A DNA stretch of 38,645 nucleotides from Octopus sinensis (taxonomy: Eukaryota): assembly GCF_006345805.1 (NCBI RefSeq), contig NW_021831912.1, forward strand, positions 1 through 38,645. The letters are read 5' to 3'. Below the pieces are notes generated by a model, which saw nothing but the letters and a program-made list of their open reading frames with translations, was not told the origin of the DNA and searched no databases. Position numbers and translations under genes: made by a program. Shown one piece after another: positions 11,821-23,170 of this stretch. Every line of letters begins with the position of its first letter. The first letter of the stretch is position 1.

Positions 11821-12334
11821 GTTTCAATGCTGGAAATAGTCAGTGGAGCATTCCTCTGAAAGCACAACACCACCCAAGAGAACACAAGAGAACACGTATA
11901 GATATTTGAGACAGGAAACAAGAAACGCTGTGAAGTTATAGACGCCAGCTGCCCACCAGATGTGAGCTTTTCACAGTAAATTACAAAGATACATTTGATC
12001 CTGTAACCACTGGTGAACTTGGATATATTACCAAATGTCTACGTAATAATCAGTAAAAACAAAATGTTGCTTTTCAGAGAAAGAAAAAACGCTAACTAGC
12101 ATGTAATTAACAAAGTCAATCTGTAAGTGGAACACGAAAAATATGCAAGTCTTATCTGAAATTTAATATATACCATTTTGCTGTTGTTTACGTCTAATTC
12201 CATCAAAGCGTCGTATTTTTATGCTTATGGGGCAACTCTTTCGGTATGGGAAAAGTTCAATGAATTATAACAGGAAAGAGCCAGTGAAACATCATCAATA
12301 TGTGTGTGTGTATGCATGTATGTATGTATGTATG

Positions 12335-12368
<34 letters not shown>

Positions 12369-12436
12369 TGTATGTATGTATGTTTGTATGTATGTATGTA
12401 TGTATGTATGTAAGAAAAAGAGGCAGTCAGAATTCT

Positions 12437-12537
12437 GGATAATTCTTTATTAGCGCCTTCGTTCGATACTACCAAGATTTTGGTTTTATCTTGAAGCGTT
12501 CGGTTAAACGAATGATAGCCCGAATAAAGAATTATCC
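12437..12537. repeat. ~100-bp hairpin element with 15-bp perfect terminal inverted repeats
   Basis: GGATAATTCTTTATT (12437-12451) / AATAAAGAATTATCC (12523-12537), with further internal pairing. Confidence 0.65.
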
Positions 12538-12745
12538 AAAGTTCTAGCTGCTCCCTTTTTCTTAATACACACACACAATACACACACACATACATACATA
12601 CATACATACATACATACATACATACATGCATACATACATACATACATACATACATGCATACATACATACATACATCAATAAATACATAGATACATGCATA
12701 CACACATACATATATATATACTATATATACACGCACATACATACG

Positions 12746-12788
<43 letters not shown>

Positions 12789-13261
12789 TTATAAATGTGG
12801 TGTGTCCGTGTGTGTGTATGCATATATATGCTGTGCTTTTAACACACTATATGTTTTTGAAGGAGTTCTCCCTGGACAAGATACCGCAGCTTCAAAACTA
12901 TATCTTAATGATAATTTTCCCTTCGTCTAACCTGATTCAGACAAAAATTCTAATTTTGTTTTCCATGTGCAACGCATTTGCACATCAGAAAATAACTTTT
13001 ACGTTAACTGTCGGTATACCTCTTGCTGGCCGAGACAGGTCATTTCGACGGTGGATGTTATGTGGCAGAAATGCCCGCGAAATATTAATATCTGTCACCC
13101 TCTTTCACTTTCGGAGTAATTTCTTTTCGCCAAGCTTTGAGTTATGCATATCTTTAAAGGGGTGTCCTCTGGGCAAAGTAATGCAGCTTCACAACGTTTA
13201 ATAATACACATTTATATAAATACCGGCTGATTTTTCGTACTCCCCACCCTATATATATATA

Positions 13262-13283
13262 TCTCTAAATATAAAACTGAGAA

Positions 13284-13324
<41 letters not shown>

Positions 13325-14290
13325 CTGTCTGTCTGTCTGTCTGTGTGTTTCCCTAAAACTTGAGAACTACACAAACAATTTCATTCAAATTTTACACATG
13401 CCTTACTTAGGGTCCATGTAGTTTCATGGCAAAAAATGTTCAACTTCTTGCCTAGAGCGAGCCCATAGCAATATCATATCTTTCTCCACGATTTCAGTAT
13501 TACGTGTTAACAATAAAAATAATAATAACAATTGAATTATATGTAGTAAGTAATAATTAAAACCAGTATAATATAATAATTAAATCGTAACATAACAAAA
13601 GTAAAAATAGCAATTGGTATAAAATTGCATCAATGACTTGATCTTGAATAAGTGGTTTCACATGAATGGGAATAAATTAAAAATAAAATTAGCGCGCAGA
13701 AATGGAATAGTCCAAATGGATAATAAAAAATTAAATTAAAGAAAATACTATTGTCTATAAAGTATACAATGTAGAGAAAATAGAAGATTTGAACACATGG
13801 AAGAAAGCACCATCGAAAAGTGTCTTGGTGCAACTATGAAAGATATCTAACCAGAGGCGGTAAATTCGCCACAATAGAAGCAAGGTTCGAGTCAACGGAG
13901 CATGCAAGGGAGTACTCGACTCGAACTTGCAAAGTGGAAATATTTTATTTTTACCTTTATATCTGGGAAGTAGGACGTGCCGGATAAAAATTTAAAATGT
14001 CCCCCCACCCCCACCCAGAAGTAGAGGTAGGCTGGATTGTAGCCACACTTCTCTACAAGAGGGAGGACAAGATACAATTGATCGAAATTACAAGAGACGG
14101 GCTAACAATTCCAGTCTGTTATATATTTTGAGTATTGTTATCACTAGCGATATCAAGATATAACTTTGTATTTTGTATTTTATGTGTAGATGTATATATA
14201 TATAGATGTACATGTAATATGTACACATATATATACACATATATACATGCACTGGCTCTATGACCCGGCGACGACGGGTCATAATGCTAG
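13262..14290 (+). mobile_element. Non-autonomous Helitron-like element
   Basis: 5' A|TCTCTAAATATAAAA followed by (GT)n/(GTCT)n. 3' hairpin TATGACCCG-gcgacga-CGGGTCATA (14259-14283), then CTAG|T. Inserted between A and T with no TSD. Confidence 0.75.
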
Positions 14291-14436
14291 TATATATATA
14301 TATATATATATATTCAACAATATTAAGGAATGGCTTTGATAGGCCATTCGACCCACTAGAAAGAGCAGCTAAACTCAAACCACTAAATAGTTGTAATTCA
14401 GAAACCAAAGGAAAATAAAAACATTTACCCTTATCA

Positions 14437-14534
14437 TCTTTGGACTATGCATAGTTTCGACATACATATTGGCAAACCGATTTAATTAAATTAAATTAAA
14501 TCTATTTGCCACTGGCCTGTCTCGTCAGCAAAGA
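14437..14534 (-). ncRNA. Type I hammerhead ribozyme, canonical (inverted twin)
   Basis: Reverse complement of 14765-14862 with all core elements intact. Confidence 0.88.
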
Positions 14535-14764
14535 AGCCCGGGAAATATATATCCACTGGACCGCTGGTGGCGAAAAATTTTTCTTGAATTTTTTGCTACC
14601 CTGATATTGATTAATTAATGATTTTTTGGCTAATTCTGAAATTAAATCAGCAGTTTATATTTGCTGCTGATAAGTTGGCGCCGTGACGGTAGATTTTGAA
14701 AATTTAGAATATATATTCCCGAGGAGTCGGTGCTGTCGCCTCGTGGATATATATTTCCCTGGCT

Positions 14765-14862
14765 TCTTTGCTGACGAGACAGGCCAGTGGCAAATAGATT
14801 TAATTTAATTTAATTAAATCGGTTTGCCAATATGTATGTCGAAACTATGCATAGTCCAAAGA
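14765..14862 (+). ncRNA. Type I hammerhead ribozyme, canonical
   Basis: Stem I TCTTTG/CAAAGA; CTGACGA (14771-14777); stem II GACA/TGTC with inner hairpin TGGCAAA..GATTT/AAATC..TTTGCCA; GAA; perfect 12-nt palindrome ACTATGCATAGT; GUC cleavage after 14856. Confidence 0.88.
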
Positions 14863-15052
14863 TGATAAGGGTAAATGTTTTTTATTTTCCTTTGGTTTCT
14901 GAATTACAACTATTTAGCGGTTTGAGTTTAGCTGCTCTTTCTAGTGGGTCGAATGGCCTATCAAGATCTTCCTTAATATTGTTGAATGTATATTATATAG
15001 TGTTGGACTACTTTTCTTCTCAGGACCGCTGGTGGCGAAAAATTTCTCTTGA

Positions 15053-15098
<46 letters not shown>

Positions 15099-15112
15099 TT
15101 TATATATTCCTA

Positions 15113-15285
15113 ACATATATACGACGGGCCTCTTTCCGTTTCCGTCTACAAACCACTCACAAGGCTTTTGGTCGGCCCAAGGCTATAGTAGAAGGACACT
15201 GCCCCAAGGTGCCACGCAGTGGGACTGAAACCGGAACCATGTGGTTGGTAAACAAGCTACTTACCACACAGCCACTCCTACGCCT
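15113..15285 (-). mobile_element. tRNA-derived SINE, family 1 (5' half)
   Basis: Head, B box and central domain present on the minus strand; 3' body absent. Confidence 0.85.
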
Positions 15286-15442
15286 ATATATATATATATA
15301 TAAACTAAAAATAGGACCGAAGAGACCCTCTTCAGCGTAGTTAGTGGCATGAACACGAATATAGATAATAAATACAGGTATAACAAATGCCATATAATGT
15401 ACTTTCTCGATTTATTAAAAGATCTCTCCCCACTTAAGGTCG

Positions 15443-15701
15443 TGTCACAGCTAACAAACAGCAGTTGAGATATGAATATGCGTGTGTTTGTGGTGTGTGT
15501 GTGTGTGTGTGTGTGTGTGTGGTGTGTATGTGTGTGTGAGCGTGTGTGTGTGTGTGTGTGTGTATGTACACGGGTATATGCATTTACTCACTTTAGCAAA
15601 CAGTAGAAGCACAATAACAGCTTTGAAATTCACGTGTCTATATTTATGTTCGTGAGTCATAAATTATATGTGTAATATATATATATACATACATACATAT
15701 A

Positions 15702-15734
<33 letters not shown>

Positions 15735-16818
15735 ATATTATATATATATATATATATATCTATATATATCTATATATATACACGCGCATGGGCATATATG
15801 TATATGTAGGTATAAATATATATAAATATGAATATGCATATATTTCACCACAGCCTACACAACCACATAACCTTCCTATATATAATATATATATATTATA
15901 TATATATATGATCTACCTATAAATATATGTTTAGATGTATGTATAAATGTAAGTATTATGTATGTGTGTGTATGCCTCTGTGTGTGTATATGTGTGTGTC
16001 TGCCTGTATTTACAGATGTGTATAAATTTAGACATGTAAATATTTCACCTGCTATTGTACTTTTAAGCTTGTAGATAACTGTTTGCGAACACCTACACAC
16101 GCATACGCACACACACACACACACACATACATACATACATACATACATACATACATACATACATACATACATACATACACATCCACCTACATATAGTCGG
16201 ACAGTGAGAGGTTGGTGGGTGAGCTTTTCCCCCAGATGGCTGCAAGCTGTTACGACTAACAAGCCAGCCCGCCAGCCAGTCAGTCAGCCAGCCAGCCGTA
16301 GCTATGAGAATTAGGAGACTGATAGACAAACGGACAGACGGATAGACAGACATGTAACCAGACATGTCAGGAGGGTTGTCTATTTTTTTGTTTTGTTTTG
16401 TACGTTTTGTTTATTATTTTTTTTGCTTTAGAAACTCGCTGTAGACTCTTGTCTACGACTGGCACTACTACAGCTAGTACTACTACTAACACCACTACAC
16501 CACTACCACCACCGCTACTGCCACTGCTGCTGCTGTTACCGCTACTTCTACTACTGCTGCTGCTGCTGCTGCAATTTTCTTGTCTCTCTGCTCCATACTC
16601 TTAACAGCGACTCTGAGAGTGGAATGTCTTGTGTTTGTGTATCACCACAGCAACCTGGTTGTTCCACCAGCAGCATCCATCCGTCCATCCATCCATCCAT
16701 CGGCATCGTCATCATCATCATATTCATCATCAATTATATCGTCGGCGGCATCAGCGGTGGCGTCACTTCCGGAATTCCTGCATGACTTCATTTAGTTTCC
16801 AAGATTACTGCATAGGAT
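15443..16818. repeat. Left copy of a microsatellite-rich inverted duplication (partner 20180-21932)
   Basis: Unique blocks between the microsatellites match in reverse order, e.g. AAATATTTCACCTGCTATTGTACTTTTAAGCTTG and ACATGTAACCAGACATGTCAGGAGGGTTGTC. Confidence 0.8.
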
Positions 16819-16845
16819 GAGCTGGAAGAAATTGTGTGTGTGTGT

Positions 16846-16898
<53 letters not shown>

Positions 16899-16949
16899 CG
16901 TGCGTGTACCTCTAATTGCAGGTATTAAATCCCAGAAAGAAATTCACTG

Positions 16950-17117
16950 GAAAATGCTCAGTGTGTTAAGTAGCTTGCTTACCAGACACACAATGTTCTG
17001 GGTTCATTCCCACTGCGTGGCACCTTGGGCAAGTGCCTTCTAATATAAACTCGGGCCGATCAAAGCCTTGTGATTGGATTTAGTAGGCGGAAGCTGAAAG
17101 AAGCCCGTCGTGTATAT
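16950..17117 (+). mobile_element. tRNA-derived SINE, family 1 (diverged 5' half)
   Basis: AAGTAGCTTGCTTACC...GGGTTCATTCCCACTGCGTGGCACCTTGGGCAAGTG...GAAAGAAGCCCGTCG. Confidence 0.8.
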
Positions 17118-17387
17118 ATTATATATATGGAACAAAAATGCAATAGAGGACATTAAAATATTCGGATTGATAGACTATACAAAGGCGGACAAGAGAAACA
17201 ACAATTAGAAGGACAGGCAAAAATCCAATGATGTGAACACAGGAGATACCTATCGAGTGAAATACCGAGTAATTGTTTATCTCGAACAGTTCTGCATGTT
17301 CCCTATCATTCTGTGTGTTTAGCCAGATCTGGCTAATAAAGTATCTACCCAGATTACAAATCCCTATTCTATTACATCATACGCACA

Positions 17388-17425
<38 letters not shown>

Positions 17426-17489
17426 GTACATACATAACACATACACAGAAATATACATACATACATACATACATACATACATTCATACA

Positions 17490-17520
<31 letters not shown>

Positions 17521-17558
17521 CATACATACATACATACATACATACATACATACATACA

Positions 17559-18071
17559 TTTGGGATATTGGACTGGACACTCGATGAGATACGTAGCCTG
17601 GATTCCAAAACCAGAAAGGTATTGACCACCACGAGCAGCTTCCGTATTGACAGTGACACTGATAGGACTCACGTGAGACGAAGTGATGTCGGTAGAGGCA
17701 TTAGGTCAGTCCAAACAGCCTTTGAATGCTGCATTGTATCACTTAGACAACACCCGCTGAACAGTAAAGACACAAATAAATATATTCCATGCATACGCAA
17801 AAGTTAGAGCAAAAACATCTTCAGAGCTGGAGAATTGCTGTGGAGGTATTCTGAGAATACAACTGTCTTATGCGACTCAAAGGAGACTGGTATGGCCAAA
17901 CTAAACAGAAGGTTATAGGAGAAGCGGGTATCACACCAACAAAAAGCAATGCATTGGTATATACCCTTAAGCTAGAGAGCAACTACAGCATCGACAAGTG
18001 TAGCCTCTTCTGGACCTGCGATAGATACATTACATCCTGCCTAGGAGATAGCTACTAAATACTTGATGAAG
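17559..18071 (+). pseudogene. R4/Dong-like (RLE-type) non-LTR retrotransposon fragment, post-RT region
   Basis: FGILDWTLDEIRSLDSKTRKVLT...SDTDRTHVRRSDVGRGIRSV and later EIATKYLM resemble the conserved region C-terminal to RT in RLE LINEs. Stops and frameshifts present. Confidence 0.78.
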
Positions 18072-18229
18072 GAGCGTGTGTGGGCTCCGTTTGTGAGGTA
18101 CGTCTTTCTGCAGCTCGTCTCTTTGACGGAGCTGCAATCCTGGATGAAGAAAAAACCGAGCCTGGGCGCCTGGCACCTAGAACATCGTCAGGTGCTCACA
18201 GCTCTCTACCAGTAGGGTAACGGCTAGGT

Positions 18230-19141
18230 GGATGTTCCACTTCAGCAACATATAGAGGATTAGTGACTCATCAGTCTCAATACGATCAACTTTGTATGTG
18301 TTTTCTTTTCTGTTATCCTGTTCCAGACTGTTCTGTCTATCACATCACGCCTCACAGGAAAATAATCTCTGGAAGACATTCTCTTACAGTTGGTAATAAT
18401 GTGGCTGATGTCTTCAATCTTGGTCCTGCACAACCTACATTTGTTGTCTGTCAATGTTTTCTGCTTTTTATGCTTTAGCTACTTGGTGGAGATCTCTTGT
18501 TCTTGAATTGCATGGAGGTAGCCTTCAGTATGGAATGTCAGAAACTTGTTGTGTTCCATGCCAAGCTTTTCATATAATCAGTCCCCTCCCACGTTTTGTG
18601 TTTTATGTGCCAAGTACCCCAGTACATCTTCTCATAAACTCATCCATCTGTTTTTTTTTTTTTATTCTGTTCTGATAAACATTTTACCAATGCTCCTAGG
18701 GGAATGATTTGTATCAGTTCTTATTTCATACCTCTCTTCAAGTTCATTAGCTATCTTAATTATGTTGTTGATTTCATGGTCACAAACTGGGGCAAGATGG
18801 TTACTGGTCTCTTTACTCTGCTGCAAATATTGTTTCAGTGTCAGAATACGTGTGTCATATGACATCAATACAGATTTGAGGCATTGACCACCATCTTTGG
18901 TTGGGAAATATAGCTTGTCTACAGCTCCATTGATGTTGAAGGTTCCTGAAACACTGAATGGCTTGCTAATTTGAACGTCTATCTCCTTGAGTTCATGTAG
19001 GGACCAGTTCAAAAGGCCAAACGTAGGTGTGAAGGCAGGCACTGCAAAGGTGTTGTGGCCAATATGTTTGTTGTAAACTGAGAGTCTCTTCACTCTCCTG
19101 AGGTATTCATTCCTGGTCCCCTTATTTATGGGTCCATCATA
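18230..19141 (-). pseudogene. R4/Dong-like (RLE-type) LINE fragment with zinc knuckle
   Basis: YDGPINK...HNTFAVPAFTPTFGLLNWSLHELKEID...VDKLYFPTKDGG; HTEGYLHAIQEQEISTK; CRLCRTKIEDISHIITNCKRMSSRDYFPVRRD (CCHC plus degenerate RHD). Confidence 0.82.
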
Positions 19142-19254
19142 TATGATATATATGTATATGTAAGTGTGTATTTTTATATATGTATATATATATATATTGT
19201 TTTGTACGTGTATCTTGTTTCATGTATATATTTATATTTTGAGTGTACTTTATA

Positions 19255-19376
19255 ATCTCCGACGAGGCCTATGGAAATATATAAGTGCCTCATTTTTAAC
19301 TGCCTACAACCTCAATAAATTGACTTGTATGAGCACAACAAATTACTTTTCCAAGGCTGAAACAGCTGTAAGTGAT
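19255..19376 (+). ncRNA. Decayed type I hammerhead with a long stem II
   Basis: CCGACGA (U4 changed to C); stem II GGCCT(A)TGGAAA/TTTCCAAGGCT; GAA; palindrome ACAGCTGT; GUA. Stem I reduced to about 2 bp. Confidence 0.55.
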
Positions 19377-19741
19377 CTTAATGATTTCAATAATTTATAT
19401 TAAGGTTTTTTTAAATTTGTATTCTTATCTTATATGTGTTGTATTTTAATGTATATATGTATGTTATTATGGTTGTCGTTTTGATAAATAAATAAATCAA
19501 CATTCTAATATCCTAAAGCTCATGAACCAACTAAATTGTTTCTTCATTTTCTTATTTTCTTATTTGTAATATAAATTAATGGTAAAATATTTCTTTACCT
19601 TCACCCATTTAATACAATAAGTAAGTTAATTGCATTGCAATTAAAAACATTTGTGTATTACTAATTTGGGTATTATACCACCAGTATATTGGATAAATAT
19701 TATCCCTTAGTGGGTTGGATCCACAACCCCTAACTTACTTG

Positions 19742-19780
<39 letters not shown>

Positions 19781-19781
<1 letters not shown>

Positions 19782-20179
19782 TCTTTTACTTGTTTCAGTC
19801 ATTTGACTGCGGCCATGCTGGAGCACCACCTTTTAGTCGAGCAAATCGATCCCAGGACTTATTCTTTGTAAACCTAGTACTTATTCTATCTTTTTGATTT
19901 TTTGCCGAACCGCTAAGTTACGATGACGTAAACACACCAGCATCGCATGTCAAGCGATGTTGGGGGAGACAAACACAGACACACTATCACATACACAAAC
20001 ACACATATTTATATATACATATATTCGACGGGCTTCTTGCAGTTTCCGTCAACCAAATCCACTCACAAGGCTTTGGTCGGCCCGAGGCTATAGTAGAAGA
20101 CACATACCTAAGTTGCCACGCAGTGGAACTGAACTTGGTTGGTAAGCAAGCTACTTACCATACAGCCACACCGGCACCT
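19781..20179 (-). mobile_element. tRNA-derived SINE, family 1
   Basis: Near full length, with a small deletion after the B box. Confidence 0.85.
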
Positions 20180-20476
20180 ATCCTATGCAGTCATCTTTGA
20201 AACTAAGTCATGCAGGAATTCAGGAACTGAAGATACAGCCTCCTCCATCGACGACAACTATTATGAAAATTATGATGATGATGACGTTGGTGATTTTGAT
20301 GACGACGACGATTATGATAGTGATGGATGGATGGATGCTACCGGTGGAACAACCAGGTTGCTATGGTGATACACGAACGCAAGAGATTTCAGCTGACATT
20401 CCACTCTGAGAGTCGCTGTGAGAGTATGAAGCAGAGACAAGAAAATTATTCTAGCAGCAGCAGCAGTAGTAGTGGC

Positions 20477-20529
<53 letters not shown>

Positions 20530-20551
20530 CAGCAGCAGCAGCAGCAATAGC

Positions 20552-20603
<52 letters not shown>

Positions 20604-21278
20604 AAAATAAAGAAAACATACAAAACAAAACAAAAATAGACAACCCTCCTGACATGTCTGGTTACATGTCTGTCCGTCTGTCTGTCTGTCCGTCTGTCTG
20701 TCTGTCCGCCTGTCTGTCTGTCTGTCTGTCTGTCTATCTGTCTGTCTGTCCGTCTGTCCGTCTGTCTGTCCGTCTCCTAATTCTCGTCAGACACAACTAC
20801 GGCTGCTTGGCTGGCTGGCTGGCTGGCAGGCTGGCTGACTGGCTGGCTGGCTTGCTTGCTGGCTGGTTAGTCGTAACAGCTGGCAGCCATCTGGGGGGGG
20901 GGAAAGCTCACCCACCAACCCCTCACTGTAAGTTTGTATGTAGGTGGATGCGTGTTCTTGTGTGTGCGCGTGTATGTATGTATGTATGTATGCATATATG
21001 TATTTATGTATTATGTGTATGCGTGTGCGTGTGTAGGTGTTCACAAACAGTTATGTACAAGCTTAAAAGTACAATAGCAGGTGAAATATTTACATGTCTA
21101 AATTTATACACATCTGTAAATACAGGCACATACAAACGCACACTCATATATACATGCATATATACAAACACGCATGCATACACACATACATAATACTTGT
21201 AGTTAAATGTTTACATATTACATATATATATTTATATCTACATATACATATATGCCCGTATGTATATATATAATAATA

Positions 21279-21320
<42 letters not shown>

Positions 21321-21344
21321 CATGTATATGTATATGTATATGTA

Positions 21345-21562
21345 TGTGCGTGTTTGTGTGTCTGTATTTGTTCTCCCAACATCGCTTGACAACCGATGCT
21401 GGTGTGTTTACGTCCCCGTAACTTAGCGGTTCGGCAAAAAAGTGACCGATAAAAGAAGTACAAGGCTTACAAAGAATAAGTCCTGGGGTCGATTTGATCG
21501 ACTAAAGTCGGTGCTCCAGCATGGCCACAGTCACATGACTGAAACAAGTAAAAGAGTAAAAG
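21345..21562 (+). mobile_element. SINE family 1, 3' half
   Basis: CCAACATCGCTTGACAACCGATGCTGG...GACTGAAACAAGTAAAAGAGTAAAAG. Confidence 0.82.
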
Positions 21563-21688
21563 ACACCTAAGTGTACATACACATAAATATGACGGGAAGG
21601 TTTACGAAAATAAACAAAAGACGAGGGCAGGTGGAGTACAAACAAACAATTGTATTAGTATGGCGCTCAGGAATAGAAATAAAACAAG

Positions 21689-21726
21689 TCTTTTACGTTT
21701 CGAGCCTACGCTCTTCGACAGAAAGA
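21689..21726 (-). ncRNA. Minimal hammerhead-like motif with variant core CUGUCGA
   Basis: Stem I TCTTT/AAAGA; CTGTCGA plus an extra A; stem II GAGC-gtag-GCTC; GAA; palindrome ACGT; GUA. A6 is replaced by U. Confidence 0.5.
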
Positions 21727-21793
21727 TACACAGAAAAGAAACAAGGTGAGAAACAAGGAGAGAAAAAAATGCGTGTAAGAGCTAACATGCATA

Positions 21794-21850
<57 letters not shown>

Positions 21851-22270
21851 CACACATACACACACACTCGCACGCACACACACACACACCCATGTATATT
21901 CACATCACAACTGCCATTTGCTAGCTGTGACAGAACCGCTAGTGGCGGAGATAATTTTAAGAAATCTAGAATTTATGTTGTATGGTATTTGACAGACATG
22001 GATGCAGAGAACCGGAACAACTACAAAGAATCCGGTCTGCCGTTTCGTAATTCCACCCATCAACTGCCATTGTCTGGTACTTCTGATCGACCCGATACAT
22101 GCATATATGCACGCATACATACCCACAGATACATAAATAAATACATTCATTTATGTATGCACGTATATATGCATGTATATTTCTGTGTGTGCGTGCGTGT
22201 GTGTGTGTGAGTGTGTATGTGTGTGTGTGTGTGTGTGCGCGCGCGCGCGCGCGTGTGTGTGTGCGTACAT

Positions 22271-22549
22271 ATTCTATCGCCCTCTTTTGCCGAACCGCTA
22301 AGTTACGGGGACGTAAACAAGCGGTGTTGGGGGGACAAACACAGACACACAAACATATACACACACATACATATATACATATATACGACGTGCTTCTTTC
22401 AGTTTCCGTCTACCAAATCCACTCACAAGAGTTTGGTCGGCCCGAGGCAATAGTAGAAGACACTTGCCCAAGTTGCCACGCAGTGGGAGTGAACACGGAA
22501 CCATGTGGTTCGTAAGCAAGCTACTTACCACACAACCACTCTTACGGCT
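22271..22549 (-). mobile_element. tRNA-derived SINE, family 1 (3'-truncated)
   Basis: Head, central domain and part of the body on the minus strand. Confidence 0.85.
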
Positions 22550-23078
22550 ATATATAATTTATATATATATATTGTTATTATTATTATTATTAGGAAGATT
22601 AATTCCGTGTCCTCAGGAATGAAACATTCAAATTAAAGGTACTAAAGTGAACTTCTCTCAATATTTTATTCATATATTTAAAAGTAGTTTTAGAGACAGA
22701 ACCACCCTCACATCAATACACATTGAAAGATATCATACCCGACCGAGCCATAAGATATTAAATATCATACTTACTATATTTATTGAGAATTCCATGCTTT
22801 GCATTTTAAATACACCACGTGTTTCATGACAGTATGTCAGTATTGTTGAGATATAAGGTCTTTAGTTTCAAAACTCAATTAGATCGACGTACACCCAACC
22901 TTCAGGTCTGGGTTTTACACATTTATTACTCTATTTACATTCTATATAACTCTATGATAATTGAAATTATTTGACTAAAAATCGTTAACATAATTTTACT
23001 TTACAAATTAATGAATAAAATAAAAAATAAAAATAATGAATGAGCCTTAATATCTATCTATCTATCTATCTACTATTC

Positions 23079-23148
<70 letters not shown>

Positions 23149-23170
23149 TAATATATATATATATTATTAA

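Larger units (their letters stand above)
14312..15055. mobile_element. Foldback element: 245-bp inverted arms each with an HHR, 186-bp spacer, and ~35-bp terminal redundancy
   Basis: 14312-14556 is inverted relative to 14743-14987 and nearly identical. The spacer start GGACCGCTGGTGGCGAAAAATTT (14558) recurs at about 15023. (TA)n on both outer sides. Confidence 0.85.
20180..21932. repeat. Right copy of the inverted duplication, interrupted by later insertions (21345-21830)
   Basis: 20180-21340 mirrors about 15690-16818, and 21830-21932 mirrors 15443-15560. Confidence 0.75.

Noticed and set aside
14558-14572. CTCF-like site CCGCTGGTGGCG (also about 15025 and 21937)
   Set aside because: One base short of the CCASYAGRKGGC spacing and explained as repeat sequence.
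15310-15345. Minus-strand CTGAAGA next to the hairpin GAAGAG/CTCTTC
   Set aside because: No GAAA or stem III downstream.
18100-18290. CTGACGA and CTGATGA on the minus strand near the LINE junction
   Set aside because: No matching stems I or III; the second lies within LINE coding sequence.
17559-19141. The two convergent LINE fragments as halves of one inverted duplication
   Set aside because: Their overlapping protein segments differ at most positions, far more than the flanking inverted arms, so they are independent insertions.
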